Shown: in pieces, positions 39,751 through 49,399 of the stretch
How the letters are laid out: every line of letters begins with the position of its first letter
Position numbering within the stretch: the stretch's first letter is position 1
Assembly: GCA_947501605.1 (NCBI GenBank)
Contig: CANMWZ010000013.1
Coordinates: 1 to 64,000, forward strand
Origin: Planctomycetota bacterium
Lineage (GTDB): Bacteria; Planctomycetota; UBA1135; UBA2386
Reading direction: 5' to 3'
Length of the DNA: 64,000 nt
Notes under the pieces: generated by a model
Seen by the model: only the letters and a program-made list of their open reading frames with translations
What the model was told of the DNA's origin: nothing
Databases searched by the model: none
Position numbers and translations under genes: made by a program

Positions 39751-41565
39751 ATGAGCAGGCCCCCGCATCAGTCGTTTCCTACATCGAAGAGGCTCACGCC
39801 CCTCGCATTCCTGCTCGGCGCCTTCTGCAGTTGCTCCGGCGGCGGCGGCGGAAGTGGAGCGGATGCGCTGGCTCCGACCCTGGTCGGTGCGGCCTTTGTC
39901 GGCGGCAGTTCCCCGGCTCCTGGCGACACTCTGCTGCTGACCTTCAGCGAAGGGATGAGGACGGCAATCGGCGCCACGGTCGGCAGCGCTGAGTTCGCGC
40001 TATCGGGAGGCGACACGCTCGGCACCGCGACCACGGTGCAGAGTCAGCCGACCACGACCACCATGGTGCTGCTGCTCGGCACCGGCGTGACGTTCACCCC
40101 GGGCACGACGACGCTCGATTTCGCCAGCACCAACGCGACGATCGCCGACGCCGGCGGCAACTCCGGCGATCCGGGCGCGGCCATCACGATCGAGGGATCC
40201 GATGGCGCGGCGCCGACGATCGACCGCCTGACCGTCGCCGCCATCGATCAGGCGCTGAACGGCACCGGCCCCGCGGGCGGCACCTTGCAGGTCCCGCAGA
40301 ACCTGTTCCCGATCGACCTCGCCTTCACGGACACCGGCTCGCCCGGGTCCCCGCTCGGGGTCGATGCCGCGCGGACGCAGATCACCGCCAGCGTCGCCGT
40401 GCTGACCAGCGGCCAGAGTCGTCCCGCCGGCACCAACCTGACGCCGTTCCTGACTGCGGGCGCCGCGTCGACGACTGCCGCGCGCTTCTCGGTTCCTGCC
40501 ACCGTGATCCTGCCGGCCGGGCCGCTGACCTTCACGGTCGTTGTCGTCGACGGCGGGGGCCTCGCTTCGACGGCCGCGACGTTTGACGTCACCGTGCGCG
40601 CCTTCACCGACGCGCTACGCCCGTTCGAGACCACCGTCAACGCGCAGCAAGTCTGGTTCCTCGACACGAGCCGCGACGTCGAGTCGTTTTCGACCCTGAC
40701 CGCAGCTGGCGTCACCTCGATCGAAGTGACGACTGGCGCGAGCGGCCGCTCCGACTTCCTCGACGTCCTCCACGTGATGGGCCTGCAAACAACGACGCCG
40801 CAGACCGGCAGCGGCACCGACAGCAACATCGAAGCACTCGACCTACTGAGGAGCCGCATCCTGGCCGAGCTCGCAGGCTTCTATGCAGGCTGCAACGTGT
40901 CGTTCACGTGGACGCAGCCGACCGGGAACTTCGGCACCACGTCGAGCTTCAGCTACGGCAGCTTCGGCTACTCGCAGATCTGCCTCGGCGGCGCCTTCGA
41001 TGCCACCTCGGCGGTCCTCGGCGTCGCCCAGTTCGACCCCAACAACACCCGGCAAAACAACAACTGCCTGCTCGAGGATGGCACCAACCCACGCCTCGGC
41101 GTGTTCCTCCACACCATCGCCGACGGCGGCTTCCGATCGTCGGCCGGCACGACCTTTCGCGTGCTGTTCAATCAGCTCGCTCCGGCCCTCGGCGGCAACC
41201 CGATCGGCACCGTCGCCAACGACCTGCAGCGCCTTCTCGGCACGCAAAGCGACGGCCGCGCCGCACTCATCGAGGTCGCCGTGGAGGACATCGCGCGCTA
41301 CCTCGCCGTCGTACTCGCCCACGAGTGCGGCCACTCACATGGCCTCGTGCAGAACGGTGCGCAACCGACCGGCCTCTACGGCAATGACACCGTCAACTTT
41401 CCGAGCTCGACCAACGGGCACATCCGGACGCCACTTCTCTTTCCGAATGGCGGCATCAACATCATGAGCCCGTCCTTGAGCTACACGCTCGCAACCGACC
41501 CGAACACCGCGTTCAACAGCCTCAACTTGGCCTACCTGCGTGAGCAAGTGTCCTACGGCAATTGA
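39751..41565 (+). CDS. Lipoprotein with Ig-like domains and a C-terminal zincin-like peptidase domain
   Basis: Lipobox-like FCSCSGGGGG, Thr/Gly-rich beta domains, HECGH, Met-turn-like IMSP. Confidence 0.75.
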   Translation: MSRPPHQSFPTSKRLTPLAFLLGAFCSCSGGGGGSGADALAPTLVGAAFVGGSSPAPGDTLLLTFSEGMRTAIGATVGSAEFALSGGDTLGTATTVQSQPTTTTMVLLLGTGVTFTPGTTTLDFASTNATIADAGGNSGDPGAAITIEGSDGAAPTIDRLTVAAIDQALNGTGPAGGTLQVPQNLFPIDLAFTDTGSPGSPLGVDAARTQITASVAVLTSGQSRPAGTNLTPFLTAGAASTTAARFSVPATVILPAGPLTFTVVVVDGGGLASTAATFDVTVRAFTDALRPFETTVNAQQVWFLDTSRDVESFSTLTAAGVTSIEVTTGASGRSDFLDVLHVMGLQTTTPQTGSGTDSNIEALDLLRSRILAELAGFYAGCNVSFTWTQPTGNFGTTSSFSYGSFGYSQICLGGAFDATSAVLGVAQFDPNNTRQNNNCLLEDGTNPRLGVFLHTIADGGFRSSAGTTFRVLFNQLAPALGGNPIGTVANDLQRLLGTQSDGRAALIEVAVEDIARYLAVVLAHECGHSHGLVQNGAQPTGLYGNDTVNFPSSTNGHIRTPLLFPNGGINIMSPSLSYTLATDPNTAFNSLNLAYLREQVSYGN

Positions 41566-41566
41566 C

Positions 41567-42625
41567 ATGACCAGAACGTCCACGTCTGCGGGCCTAGCAG
41601 CCCTCCTGCTCAGCCTCGCTGCGGTCCCTCTGCATGCGCAAGAACTGCGATTCGCTCTACTCGACGCCGACCTCGTCACCGTTGCGCGCCAACTCGGCAA
41701 GCAGTCCTTTGACGACAACGTCGACCTGCACAAGGTGCAGGTGATCCAGACTCTGCGCAGCGGCGGCGGCACGATCCCCGCGACGGTCACAGTGCTCGAC
41801 TGGCCAAACCTGTCGCTGCACAACCGCCCGCAACCGCGCCAGAGTCGGCTCTATTGCCTGCACGACGCGACCCGCGACGCGCAGCGCTTGGGCCTTCCGG
41901 CTGACCAAGGCCCGTACTACCGAATGAACGGCCGCGCCGGCAGCAACCCGCTCGTGGGGCAAGACCTGACCCGGGACCCGATCGCGCGCTTTGCCCAACT
42001 GATCGCTGATGGCGAAGCCGGCCACGCCCCTCTCGTCACCGCGACGGCGCTTCTCGCCACCGCAATCGGCGACGACGCGACGACGCGCCTCGAAGCGGCT
42101 CGACATCTCGCCGAGCAGCCCCTGCTGGCCGCACGCATCACACCGCTGCAGTGGAGCGACGTCCTCAGTCGCACGAGCGCCGAGACCGCCGACGCCGAGT
42201 ACAAGGTTGCGCTCGCCGAGCTTTGCGTCGGCCAGCGTCTTCCGGGCCTGGTCGAAGCACTGATCGTCGGCCTCGACACGATGCACAACGCCGAGTACGC
42301 GCGCGCCGTCGGCCGCCTCTGCTCCGTGCTGCTCGGCGAAGACGCTGCAGAACCGCTGCTGAAGCGCCTGGCCTCCAACGCTGACGGCAACACGCGCAAG
42401 GCGATGCTGCTAGCGCTCGGCGCCACGCGGGTACCGAAGGCGCTCGAAGCGCTCCTTCAGTGGAAGCAACTCGACAGCAACGATGCGGCCATCAACGCGG
42501 CACTCAAAGAGCACGGCGGCAAAGTCGCACGGGAGGCAGCGGAGCCAAAGCCGGACGCCAAGGATGACGGGCAGAAACCCGACGTCAAGAAGCACGAGGC
42601 CAAGCCCGACTCGGGCGGCAAGTGA
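41567..42625 (+). CDS. Secreted helical (HEAT-like) protein
   Basis: Signal peptide LHAQ, HEAT-like C-terminal half; starts 1 nt after the previous stop. Confidence 0.68.
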   Translation: MTRTSTSAGLAALLLSLAAVPLHAQELRFALLDADLVTVARQLGKQSFDDNVDLHKVQVIQTLRSGGGTIPATVTVLDWPNLSLHNRPQPRQSRLYCLHDATRDAQRLGLPADQGPYYRMNGRAGSNPLVGQDLTRDPIARFAQLIADGEAGHAPLVTATALLATAIGDDATTRLEAARHLAEQPLLAARITPLQWSDVLSRTSAETADAEYKVALAELCVGQRLPGLVEALIVGLDTMHNAEYARAVGRLCSVLLGEDAAEPLLKRLASNADGNTRKAMLLALGATRVPKALEALLQWKQLDSNDAAINAALKEHGGKVAREAAEPKPDAKDDGQKPDVKKHEAKPDSGGK

Positions 42626-42655
42626 CCTTCTGGGGCTCCTGCCGTCGCGTCTTGA

Positions 42656-43777
42656 TTAGCGCTGCGTGCCGCGCACAGCCTCGAGGACCGACGTCACTTC
42701 GCGGATGTCATTGCGCAACAGCATGACCTGCAGGCGCGGCACAACCACGGGCACGGCCGTGGCGTCGGTTCCAGACTGCGGTGAGTCGTCGAGATAGCAC
42801 ACGGAGCCCAGATAGCCGAGTCGCCACTGCACGAAGGGCTTCTCTTGGTGCCGCCCGATCTCGACTTGCACAACGCCGTTGACCTCGCGCAGCGTGAGGT
42901 CGTAACCAGCGACGAGCAGATACTGCAGGGGATCCGAGCTCGTCCGCGGCGGCACCGGCAGGTCCTGCCGCCACACTTCGGACTCCTTCGCCAAGATCAA
43001 CCCAACTTCCGCCGCCGCAGACTCGTGCCAACGTGCCCCGCGCGACAGCGCCAGCGCCTGCAGTGACTCGATCATCGGACCGACCTGCAGACACAGGCGA
43101 TGGCGCGGCAGCTTGCGCCCGAGTGCGATCTCCTTGGGGGCCAGCACGCGCGACAGTGCCACGAGCGGCCCGGCCGCCGCAGCGCGATACAGCACGTCAC
43201 CGCCACCAAGGCAGAACACGGGCGGCAAGCGACTGTCGCCACGCGCGCGTTCGCGCACCGGACTGCCGCGCCGCCAGAGGCTGACCGCAGCTTCGCCACC
43301 GATCACATCGACGGCGACAATGGGAGCACGTCGCGAACCGCTGCGATCGACGCGCACCAGGCAGCCGTCGGCCAACGTGAACTCGATCCCGCTGGTGAAG
43401 GGCCCCGCGACCGAACCGTCACGAAGATGGACGTAGCCATCGGGGGCGAAGAGCACTTCGCGATCCGACGCAAACGTCAGCTTGACGCCTTCGCGCTGAC
43501 ACGCGACGCGCACGCCACCTGGCGTGATGCACGAACCTGGCTCGCCGGGCAGGGACGGATCCCGCGTGGCAGAGTCGGGCAGCACCCCGCCGTCGCCGAG
43601 GCGGAACGCAGCCGGCAGCGTCGAGCCAACGGCAGCAAAGACCAACCCGGCGTCGACCGTGGGGTCGATCGAGGCGCTGGCCTCCTTCGGTGTCGACGAG
43701 CGACCTACGGCGGTCGCGACGGCGGGCTGCTGCGGCAGCAACAGCGGGAGCAGGAAGAGCGTGCAGGAGATGCCCAT
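42656..43777 (-). CDS. Hypothetical secreted protein
   Basis: Hydrophobic N-terminus; fills the gap between genes; no recognised motifs. Confidence 0.6.
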   Translation of the reverse strand: MGISCTLFLLPLLLPQQPAVATAVGRSSTPKEASASIDPTVDAGLVFAAVGSTLPAAFRLGDGGVLPDSATRDPSLPGEPGSCITPGGVRVACQREGVKLTFASDREVLFAPDGYVHLRDGSVAGPFTSGIEFTLADGCLVRVDRSGSRRAPIVAVDVIGGEAAVSLWRRGSPVRERARGDSRLPPVFCLGGGDVLYRAAAAGPLVALSRVLAPKEIALGRKLPRHRLCLQVGPMIESLQALALSRGARWHESAAAEVGLILAKESEVWRQDLPVPPRTSSDPLQYLLVAGYDLTLREVNGVVQVEIGRHQEKPFVQWRLGYLGSVCYLDDSPQSGTDATAVPVVVPRLQVMLLRNDIREVTSVLEAVRGTQR

Positions 43778-43787
43778 CGCATGGGCC

Positions 43788-43815
43788 TATCGGCTGCTTT
43801 GGGGGGGAAGGTTGT
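43788..43815 (-). promoter_or_regulatory. sigma28-like promoter
   Basis: ACAAC-N16-GCCGATA, 10 nt before the ATG at 43777. Confidence 0.45.
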
Positions 43816-43827
43816 GGCGATTGCGCC

Positions 43828-45057
43828 TTACCCCTCCGCCACTCCCAGTCCCTGGGCCAGAGCTCCAAGGAACGCGCCCACATCCGTGACGATCCCCTGG
43901 CTCTGCGCCGAACCGCGGTCGCTCAGCTTTGCCACCACCGCCGGGTGGATGTCGACGCAGACCGTCTGCACGTCGGCCGCGATCATGTTCCCGGTGCCGA
44001 TGCCGTGCAGCATCGAGCCGAGGATCACCACCAATCCCGCGCCTTCGAGAATCTCGGCGTAGCGCGCCTGCGCTGCCAGCAAGTCCATCATCGTGTCCGG
44101 CAGCGGTCCGTCGTCACGAATGGAACCGGCGAGGCAAAACGGCACCTTCGAGGTGATGGTTGCGTGCATGACGCCGGCCTTCAGTTGCTTGCGCTCGACA
44201 GCCTTCTGCAGGCTGCCCGTGCGGCGGATCTTGTTGATCGCGCGCATGTGGTGCATGTGCCCGTGGACCGACGGCGCGCCGGTTTTCAGATCGACGCCGA
44301 GGCTGGTTCCGAACATCGCCGCCTCCACATCGTGGACCGCGAGCGCGTTGCCTGACAGCAAGCCATCGACGTGACCGCTGCGCAGAATCGCCGCCAGCGT
44401 GCCTGCCGCGCCGACGTGGATGACCACCGGCCCGGCCACGAGAATGACCTTGCGGCCGTCGGCGCGAACCTGCTTCCACGTACGGACCACCTGATCCACC
44501 TGCGCCACGAGGCGACGTTCGCTCGAAGCGCCGCCTTGCATGAAGCCGAACTTCGATTCCTGCAGCTTGCGCGTCGTTTGCGCAGTCACACGCACGCCGT
44601 CGTAGCCCGTGATGACCTTGTCGCCAACTTGCAGATCGCGGAGCTTGATGCAGCGGGCTCGACCGTCAGCCAGAACCACCGCCGCGTCCATGCGCTGCTT
44701 CTCGACCAGGACCCAGATCCCCTGAACATGCACCTCGGTGACCAGATTGGTCGTCGAGTAGAACCCCTCCGGGGCAGTGCCCGCGATGTCCACCGGCTCG
44801 AACTTGCAGTCCTCGGTGTTGGTCTCGTTGATGCCGAGCGACATCAGGTCGGCGCGAATGCGCAAGTAGACCTTCTGGTTCGGGGAGACGACCTCGAGCT
44901 CCAGTTCGGACTCATCCGAGCGATGCTTGCCAATGTCGAGTCGCAGCACGTTGTAAGTCGCACCGGCGGCCTGAACGGCCTCCATCGCGTCGGACATCAG
45001 GCCCGAGTCGATCAAGTGGCCCCTGGCCCGGAAGACGGCGGTGACAAGCTTCGGCAT
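43828..45057 (-). CDS. TIGR00300 family protein (ornithine cyclodeaminase-like, homologous to the ArgZ/AgrE C-terminal part)
   Basis: GHLIDS, PEGFYSTTN, QRMD, GNALAVHD.E, LAGSIRDDGPLP, KL.DRGS.Q. Confidence 0.88.
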   Translation of the reverse strand: MPKLVTAVFRARGHLIDSGLMSDAMEAVQAAGATYNVLRLDIGKHRSDESELELEVVSPNQKVYLRIRADLMSLGINETNTEDCKFEPVDIAGTAPEGFYSTTNLVTEVHVQGIWVLVEKQRMDAAVVLADGRARCIKLRDLQVGDKVITGYDGVRVTAQTTRKLQESKFGFMQGGASSERRLVAQVDQVVRTWKQVRADGRKVILVAGPVVIHVGAAGTLAAILRSGHVDGLLSGNALAVHDVEAAMFGTSLGVDLKTGAPSVHGHMHHMRAINKIRRTGSLQKAVERKQLKAGVMHATITSKVPFCLAGSIRDDGPLPDTMMDLLAAQARYAEILEGAGLVVILGSMLHGIGTGNMIAADVQTVCVDIHPAVVAKLSDRGSAQSQGIVTDVGAFLGALAQGLGVAEG

Positions 45058-45152
45058 GCGGCGCGCAGGTTACCGGGGCCGGGACCAAAGCCGCCACCCT
45101 TACGCGGCGGGGCGAACACCGGGCGAACCAGCAACCCCACGGGCCGTGCGGG

Positions 45153-45180
45153 TCAAGTCGTCGGTGCCATCGCGCCGATA
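45153..45180 (+). promoter_or_regulatory. sigma28-like promoter for the glycan-modification cluster
   Basis: TCAAG-N16-GCCGATA, 11 nt before the ATG at 45192. Confidence 0.55.
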
Positions 45181-45191
45181 GCACCGCTCGT

Positions 45192-46658
45192 ATGGAGTCG
45201 GCAACGAACGAACGGACTGCGGTCGCCGAGCGACGGCAGGATGCGGAGTGTCTTGGTCTTCAGTGGTCGGTCGATCCGACCACGCGGTTCGGTCGCGCGG
45301 TGTGCGAGCAAGGGGTGTTTGCACCTGCAACCACGCGGTTGCTGCTCGCGGCCGTTCAGCCCGACATGGTCGTGCTGGACGTCGGCGCTCACGTCGGCTG
45401 GTTCACGTTGTTGCTGGCGCAGCGGACGGGGGCGAAGGGCCGCGTCATCGCGTTCGAGCCGGTCGCCTGCTACCGCCGCGAACTGCAGCGCCACCTCGTT
45501 CAGAACGGCTTGCAGCAGCGCACGACGGTGATGCCGTTCGGGCTCTCGGACGTCGACGGCGAACGCACTGCGGTGCTCGCCGACTCGACCGCGACGCTGC
45601 ACTGGACTGGCGGCTCGGTCCCGCGCGGACGTGAAGTCGTCGCCGTGCGGCGCCTCGACGATGTCGTCGTCGAACTCGGCCTGCCGCGCATCGACCTCAT
45701 TCGCCTCGACCTCGACGGCCACGAACTCAAGGCGCTGCGCGGCGCCGAGAACGTGCTCATGCGCGATCGCCCGTTGCTGTCGATCGCGTTTGCGCAACAG
45801 CACCTTCACCACGACGGCGCCGACGTGCGCGCCCAACTGAAGCTGCTGCACGATCTCCACTACGAGCTCGTCGACGAGCAGACCGGGATGCCGTACGCGA
45901 GCGACGCTGAGTGCCTGCAAGTGTGCGGCAACTTCGATCGCACCGCGCACGCACTCGCGGTCCCGATCGAGCGACTCGCCGGCATGCCCGTCAAGCTGCA
46001 CCAGGACCTCGCGTCGATGCAGGCGGAGTTCGGCTTCGTCCGCAACGGTCATATTCTCGAGAGCGACATCGACGTCCCGGAGAACGACTGCGAACTGCAC
46101 GACCGCAAACGTCGAGACGCCGAAGTGCTCTGCGCCGTCGCCGCCAACGCCGCCGGCAACTGCCTCGACCTCGGCACCTCGCACGGCCGCAGCGCCTTCA
46201 AGCTGGCGACCAACGTCGGCGACGAACACACGGTATTCACGGTCAACATGCTGCCCGAGCAAGCAGCCGCTGCCGGCGTGCACATCACTCACGTGTTGCA
46301 GCAGCACGAGATCGGCAGCTACTGCCGCGAGCACGGGCTGCAGAACGTCGTGCAGATCTATGCCGACACCTCCACCTGGCAACCCGACGCGCGTCTCGAC
46401 GGCCTCGCGATGGCCTTCGTCGATGCCTGCCACGACAGCGAGGCCGTGCGCCGCGACTCGCATCTCGCGTGGGCACGACTGCGCCCTGGCGGCTTCCTTG
46501 TCTGGCATGACTACAGCCCAGTGCAGCGACAGCGCCACGACTGGATCCGTACTTCGATGCTCGGCGTCGCGCAGTTCCTCGCCGACGTCGGCCATCGCGG
46601 TCCAGTGCACCACTTGCGCGGCAGCTGGATCGGCTTGATCCGCAAGGACGGCCGATGA
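45192..46658 (+). CDS. FkbM-family methyltransferase fused to a second class I SAM methyltransferase
   Basis: LDVGAHVG..AFEP..RLDD..LDLDGHE; then LDLGTSHGRS..FVDACH..LRPGG..WHDY. Confidence 0.85.
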   Translation: MESATNERTAVAERRQDAECLGLQWSVDPTTRFGRAVCEQGVFAPATTRLLLAAVQPDMVVLDVGAHVGWFTLLLAQRTGAKGRVIAFEPVACYRRELQRHLVQNGLQQRTTVMPFGLSDVDGERTAVLADSTATLHWTGGSVPRGREVVAVRRLDDVVVELGLPRIDLIRLDLDGHELKALRGAENVLMRDRPLLSIAFAQQHLHHDGADVRAQLKLLHDLHYELVDEQTGMPYASDAECLQVCGNFDRTAHALAVPIERLAGMPVKLHQDLASMQAEFGFVRNGHILESDIDVPENDCELHDRKRRDAEVLCAVAANAAGNCLDLGTSHGRSAFKLATNVGDEHTVFTVNMLPEQAAAAGVHITHVLQQHEIGSYCREHGLQNVVQIYADTSTWQPDARLDGLAMAFVDACHDSEAVRRDSHLAWARLRPGGFLVWHDYSPVQRQRHDWIRTSMLGVAQFLADVGHRGPVHHLRGSWIGLIRKDGR

Positions 46659-49399
46659 CCCCGAGTTTGCGCTACCTGCAGGTCTACCCGGCCTACGGTC
46701 CAGCGCGCGCGACTGAAGAAGACGCGTACGCGGAACGCATGCGCGCGCGGGGTGCCCATACCGACACCCTTGGTATCCCATGCGACGGCGGCTGGTGGCC
46801 CTTCCCCGTGCTCGATCAGAGGTATCGCTCCTCCGACCGCGGGCTCCTCGCTGCCTACGAGGAACTGGCGCAGAAACTGCAGTCTTACGACGTGTTGATC
46901 GCCGCCGGCGGCTCGATGCTGCACCCGGCGTTCCTCGACCAACTGCGGGTGCAGAAGATCCTCATCTGCGCCGACGATCCCGAGAACTCGGACAACCTGT
47001 CGCGTCCCATCGCCGCGCACTTCGACCACTGCTTCGTCGTCAACGCCGCGTGCGTCGGCGACTACGCGAAATGGGGCGCCAAAAGTGCGTCGTGGCTGCC
47101 GCCCGTGCTGCGGGAAGAGCGCATTGCCGCCGGCGTTACCGAGCGTCGCATCCTCTACGGCCATCGTGACCTCGACGTCGTCCTGTGTTGCGATCGGGCC
47201 TTCGGCATCGGCAACCGAGCTGCGCGCGCCGACCAACTCGTCGCGGAGTTCCCGCAGGCTTGGGTCCGAGGCCGCGGCTGGCCCGAGGGACCGGCGTTGG
47301 CGGCCGAGGTCGCCGACGCCTACTCGCGCAGCAAGCTCGGATGGAATCTCCACCACTCGATCGGCCCGGTCAACACGCGCCTCTTGGAGCTGCCCGCGAA
47401 CGGCGTTCTCCAACTCTGCGACAACCGGCAACACCTCGGCGCCATCTTCGAACTCGACCGCGAAGTCATCGGCTTCGACACCATTGCCGAGTGCCTCGAC
47501 AAGACGCGCTACTACCTCGAACACGACGACGAACGGCGCCGCATCGCTGCGGCTGGCCATGCGCGCGTCCTGCGCGATTACACCGAAGACAAGCAGTGGC
47601 TGCGCATCGCCGAGGTTGCCAAGCGCTTGTGCAATGCCAGTGAACGCCGCCCAGAGTCGGCGGCTCGCCTCACCACCGCGCCGACCACAGTGCCGCACCA
47701 CAAGCCCAAGGTCTGGCTACTTGCCGACCGTCGCGGCTGGGCCTACGACCGCGAAGCGCAGGCGATGGCACAGTGGCTCGCACCAGAGTTTGAATGCCGC
47801 GTCGCCTACGTGCAGGAGCAGCCCGATCTCGGCGGCTGGGACTTCGACCTCATCTGGGTGTTCTTCTGGGGCGAGACGTGGCATCAGCACTTCACCCGAG
47901 ACCCCCGACAAGTCGTCAAGATGATCGGTAGCCATCGGTGGCAGAACGAAGCTGCCTACGGCTTGCTCGATCCCAAGACGTTTGCGGCCGAGCACCTCGC
48001 CGACGCCGGTGCCGTCGCCGCGATCTCACGACGGCTGCAGACGATTCTCCAACCCGTGCGTCCAGTGGCGCTCGTCTCGCAGGGCATCGATCCGAGCGTG
48101 TTCAAGCCAGCGGCCTCGGCGCCGCGAGGCGAACTGCGCGTTGGCTGGGCCGGCAATCGCAACGACGCCTGCAAGGGTCTGACGGACATCCTCGAACCCG
48201 CGTGCCAAGGTCGCTTCGACCTCGCCATCGCCGGCGGCGAACACGGTCCCGACGCGATGGCGTCCTTCTACCAAGAACTCGACGTGCTCTGCGTCGCCTC
48301 CACAGCCGAGGGCGGCCCCTTGCCCCTGCTCGAAGCGCTCGCATGCGGCGTGTTTGTGGTCACGACCGACGTCGGCATCGCGCGCGAAGTCGTTGACCAC
48401 GGCACCAATGGCCTCGTTGTCGCGCGCAATCCCGCCGCGTTCCGAGCCGCGTTGCACTGGTGCGAGGCCAATCTCCCAGAAGTGCGCAGCGATCGCCTCG
48501 TGCGCTCCGGCAACTTGCACGCCACGCGAAGCTGGCAAGCGGTGATGCACCAACGTGCTTCGGTGCTCCGCGATGCGCTCGGGTCGTCTTCGCCGCGCAC
48601 CCAGAGTTCAGCAGTAGTGGCGCCCGTGCCGCAGTCCGCCGTGCAACAGTTGCAGTCCAACTATCGCGCGCATCTGCAACATGTCAGTGGCGCCGCCGAA
48701 GAGACCTACCGCGCCGCGAGCACTTACTACCGCGCCGAGCTGCAGGCTGTGCTGCCCGTCGATCGTTCGGCGCGCATCGCCGAGGTCGGTTGCGGCTTCG
48801 GGCATCTGCTCCGGTTCCTGCTCGAACAGGGCTACACCGAACTCGTCGGTTGCGACCTCGATGGCGAGCTCGCGGCCGCGACGACCGAGCGGCTGCAGGG
48901 TCGCGCCATCGTCGACCACGCCGATGCGCGCAGCTTCCTCGCGTCAGCCCCAGCCCGGTTCGACCTGGTGTTGGCCTATGACATCCTCGAGCACTTCGAC
49001 CTCGACGGCGCACTCGCGTTTGCCGCAGCGGCCCGGACCTCGTTACGACCTGGCGGCACTGTCGTGTTCCGGACGCCGAACATGGCCAACCTTCTCGGTG
49101 GCTATTCGCGCTACATGGACCTGACGCACCGCATCGGCTTCACCGAACAGAGTGCCGGCCAGTTGCTGCGTGCGGCCGGCTTTGCCGCGGTCACCGTCAT
49201 CGAAGCGCAGCATGAGCCGGGACCCTTCCGCGATGAGTTGTTGGCCAGCCGTCGTCTGCACCAACAGATGTTCGCGCAACAAGACCGCTCGCGGCCGACG
49301 TGCTTTGACAAGAACCTCGTCATCGCCGCAACTGTGCCCGCTGCAACGGGCGCCCAACCGATCCTCCGCGAGCCCCTGCGTCAAGGCGCCCTGCGATGA
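46655..49399 (+). CDS. Fusion of two GT-B glycosyltransferase domains and a SAM methyltransferase
   Basis: CgeB-like NTRLLE..ANG...IAAAGH; GT4-like EGGPLPLLEALACG; EVGCGFG..ILEH..LRPGG..TPN. Confidence 0.85.
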   Translation: MTPSLRYLQVYPAYGPARATEEDAYAERMRARGAHTDTLGIPCDGGWWPFPVLDQRYRSSDRGLLAAYEELAQKLQSYDVLIAAGGSMLHPAFLDQLRVQKILICADDPENSDNLSRPIAAHFDHCFVVNAACVGDYAKWGAKSASWLPPVLREERIAAGVTERRILYGHRDLDVVLCCDRAFGIGNRAARADQLVAEFPQAWVRGRGWPEGPALAAEVADAYSRSKLGWNLHHSIGPVNTRLLELPANGVLQLCDNRQHLGAIFELDREVIGFDTIAECLDKTRYYLEHDDERRRIAAAGHARVLRDYTEDKQWLRIAEVAKRLCNASERRPESAARLTTAPTTVPHHKPKVWLLADRRGWAYDREAQAMAQWLAPEFECRVAYVQEQPDLGGWDFDLIWVFFWGETWHQHFTRDPRQVVKMIGSHRWQNEAAYGLLDPKTFAAEHLADAGAVAAISRRLQTILQPVRPVALVSQGIDPSVFKPAASAPRGELRVGWAGNRNDACKGLTDILEPACQGRFDLAIAGGEHGPDAMASFYQELDVLCVASTAEGGPLPLLEALACGVFVVTTDVGIAREVVDHGTNGLVVARNPAAFRAALHWCEANLPEVRSDRLVRSGNLHATRSWQAVMHQRASVLRDALGSSSPRTQSSAVVAPVPQSAVQQLQSNYRAHLQHVSGAAEETYRAASTYYRAELQAVLPVDRSARIAEVGCGFGHLLRFLLEQGYTELVGCDLDGELAAATTERLQGRAIVDHADARSFLASAPARFDLVLAYDILEHFDLDGALAFAAAARTSLRPGGTVVFRTPNMANLLGGYSRYMDLTHRIGFTEQSAGQLLRAAGFAAVTVIEAQHEPGPFRDELLASRRLHQQMFAQQDRSRPTCFDKNLVIAATVPAATGAQPILREPLRQGALR

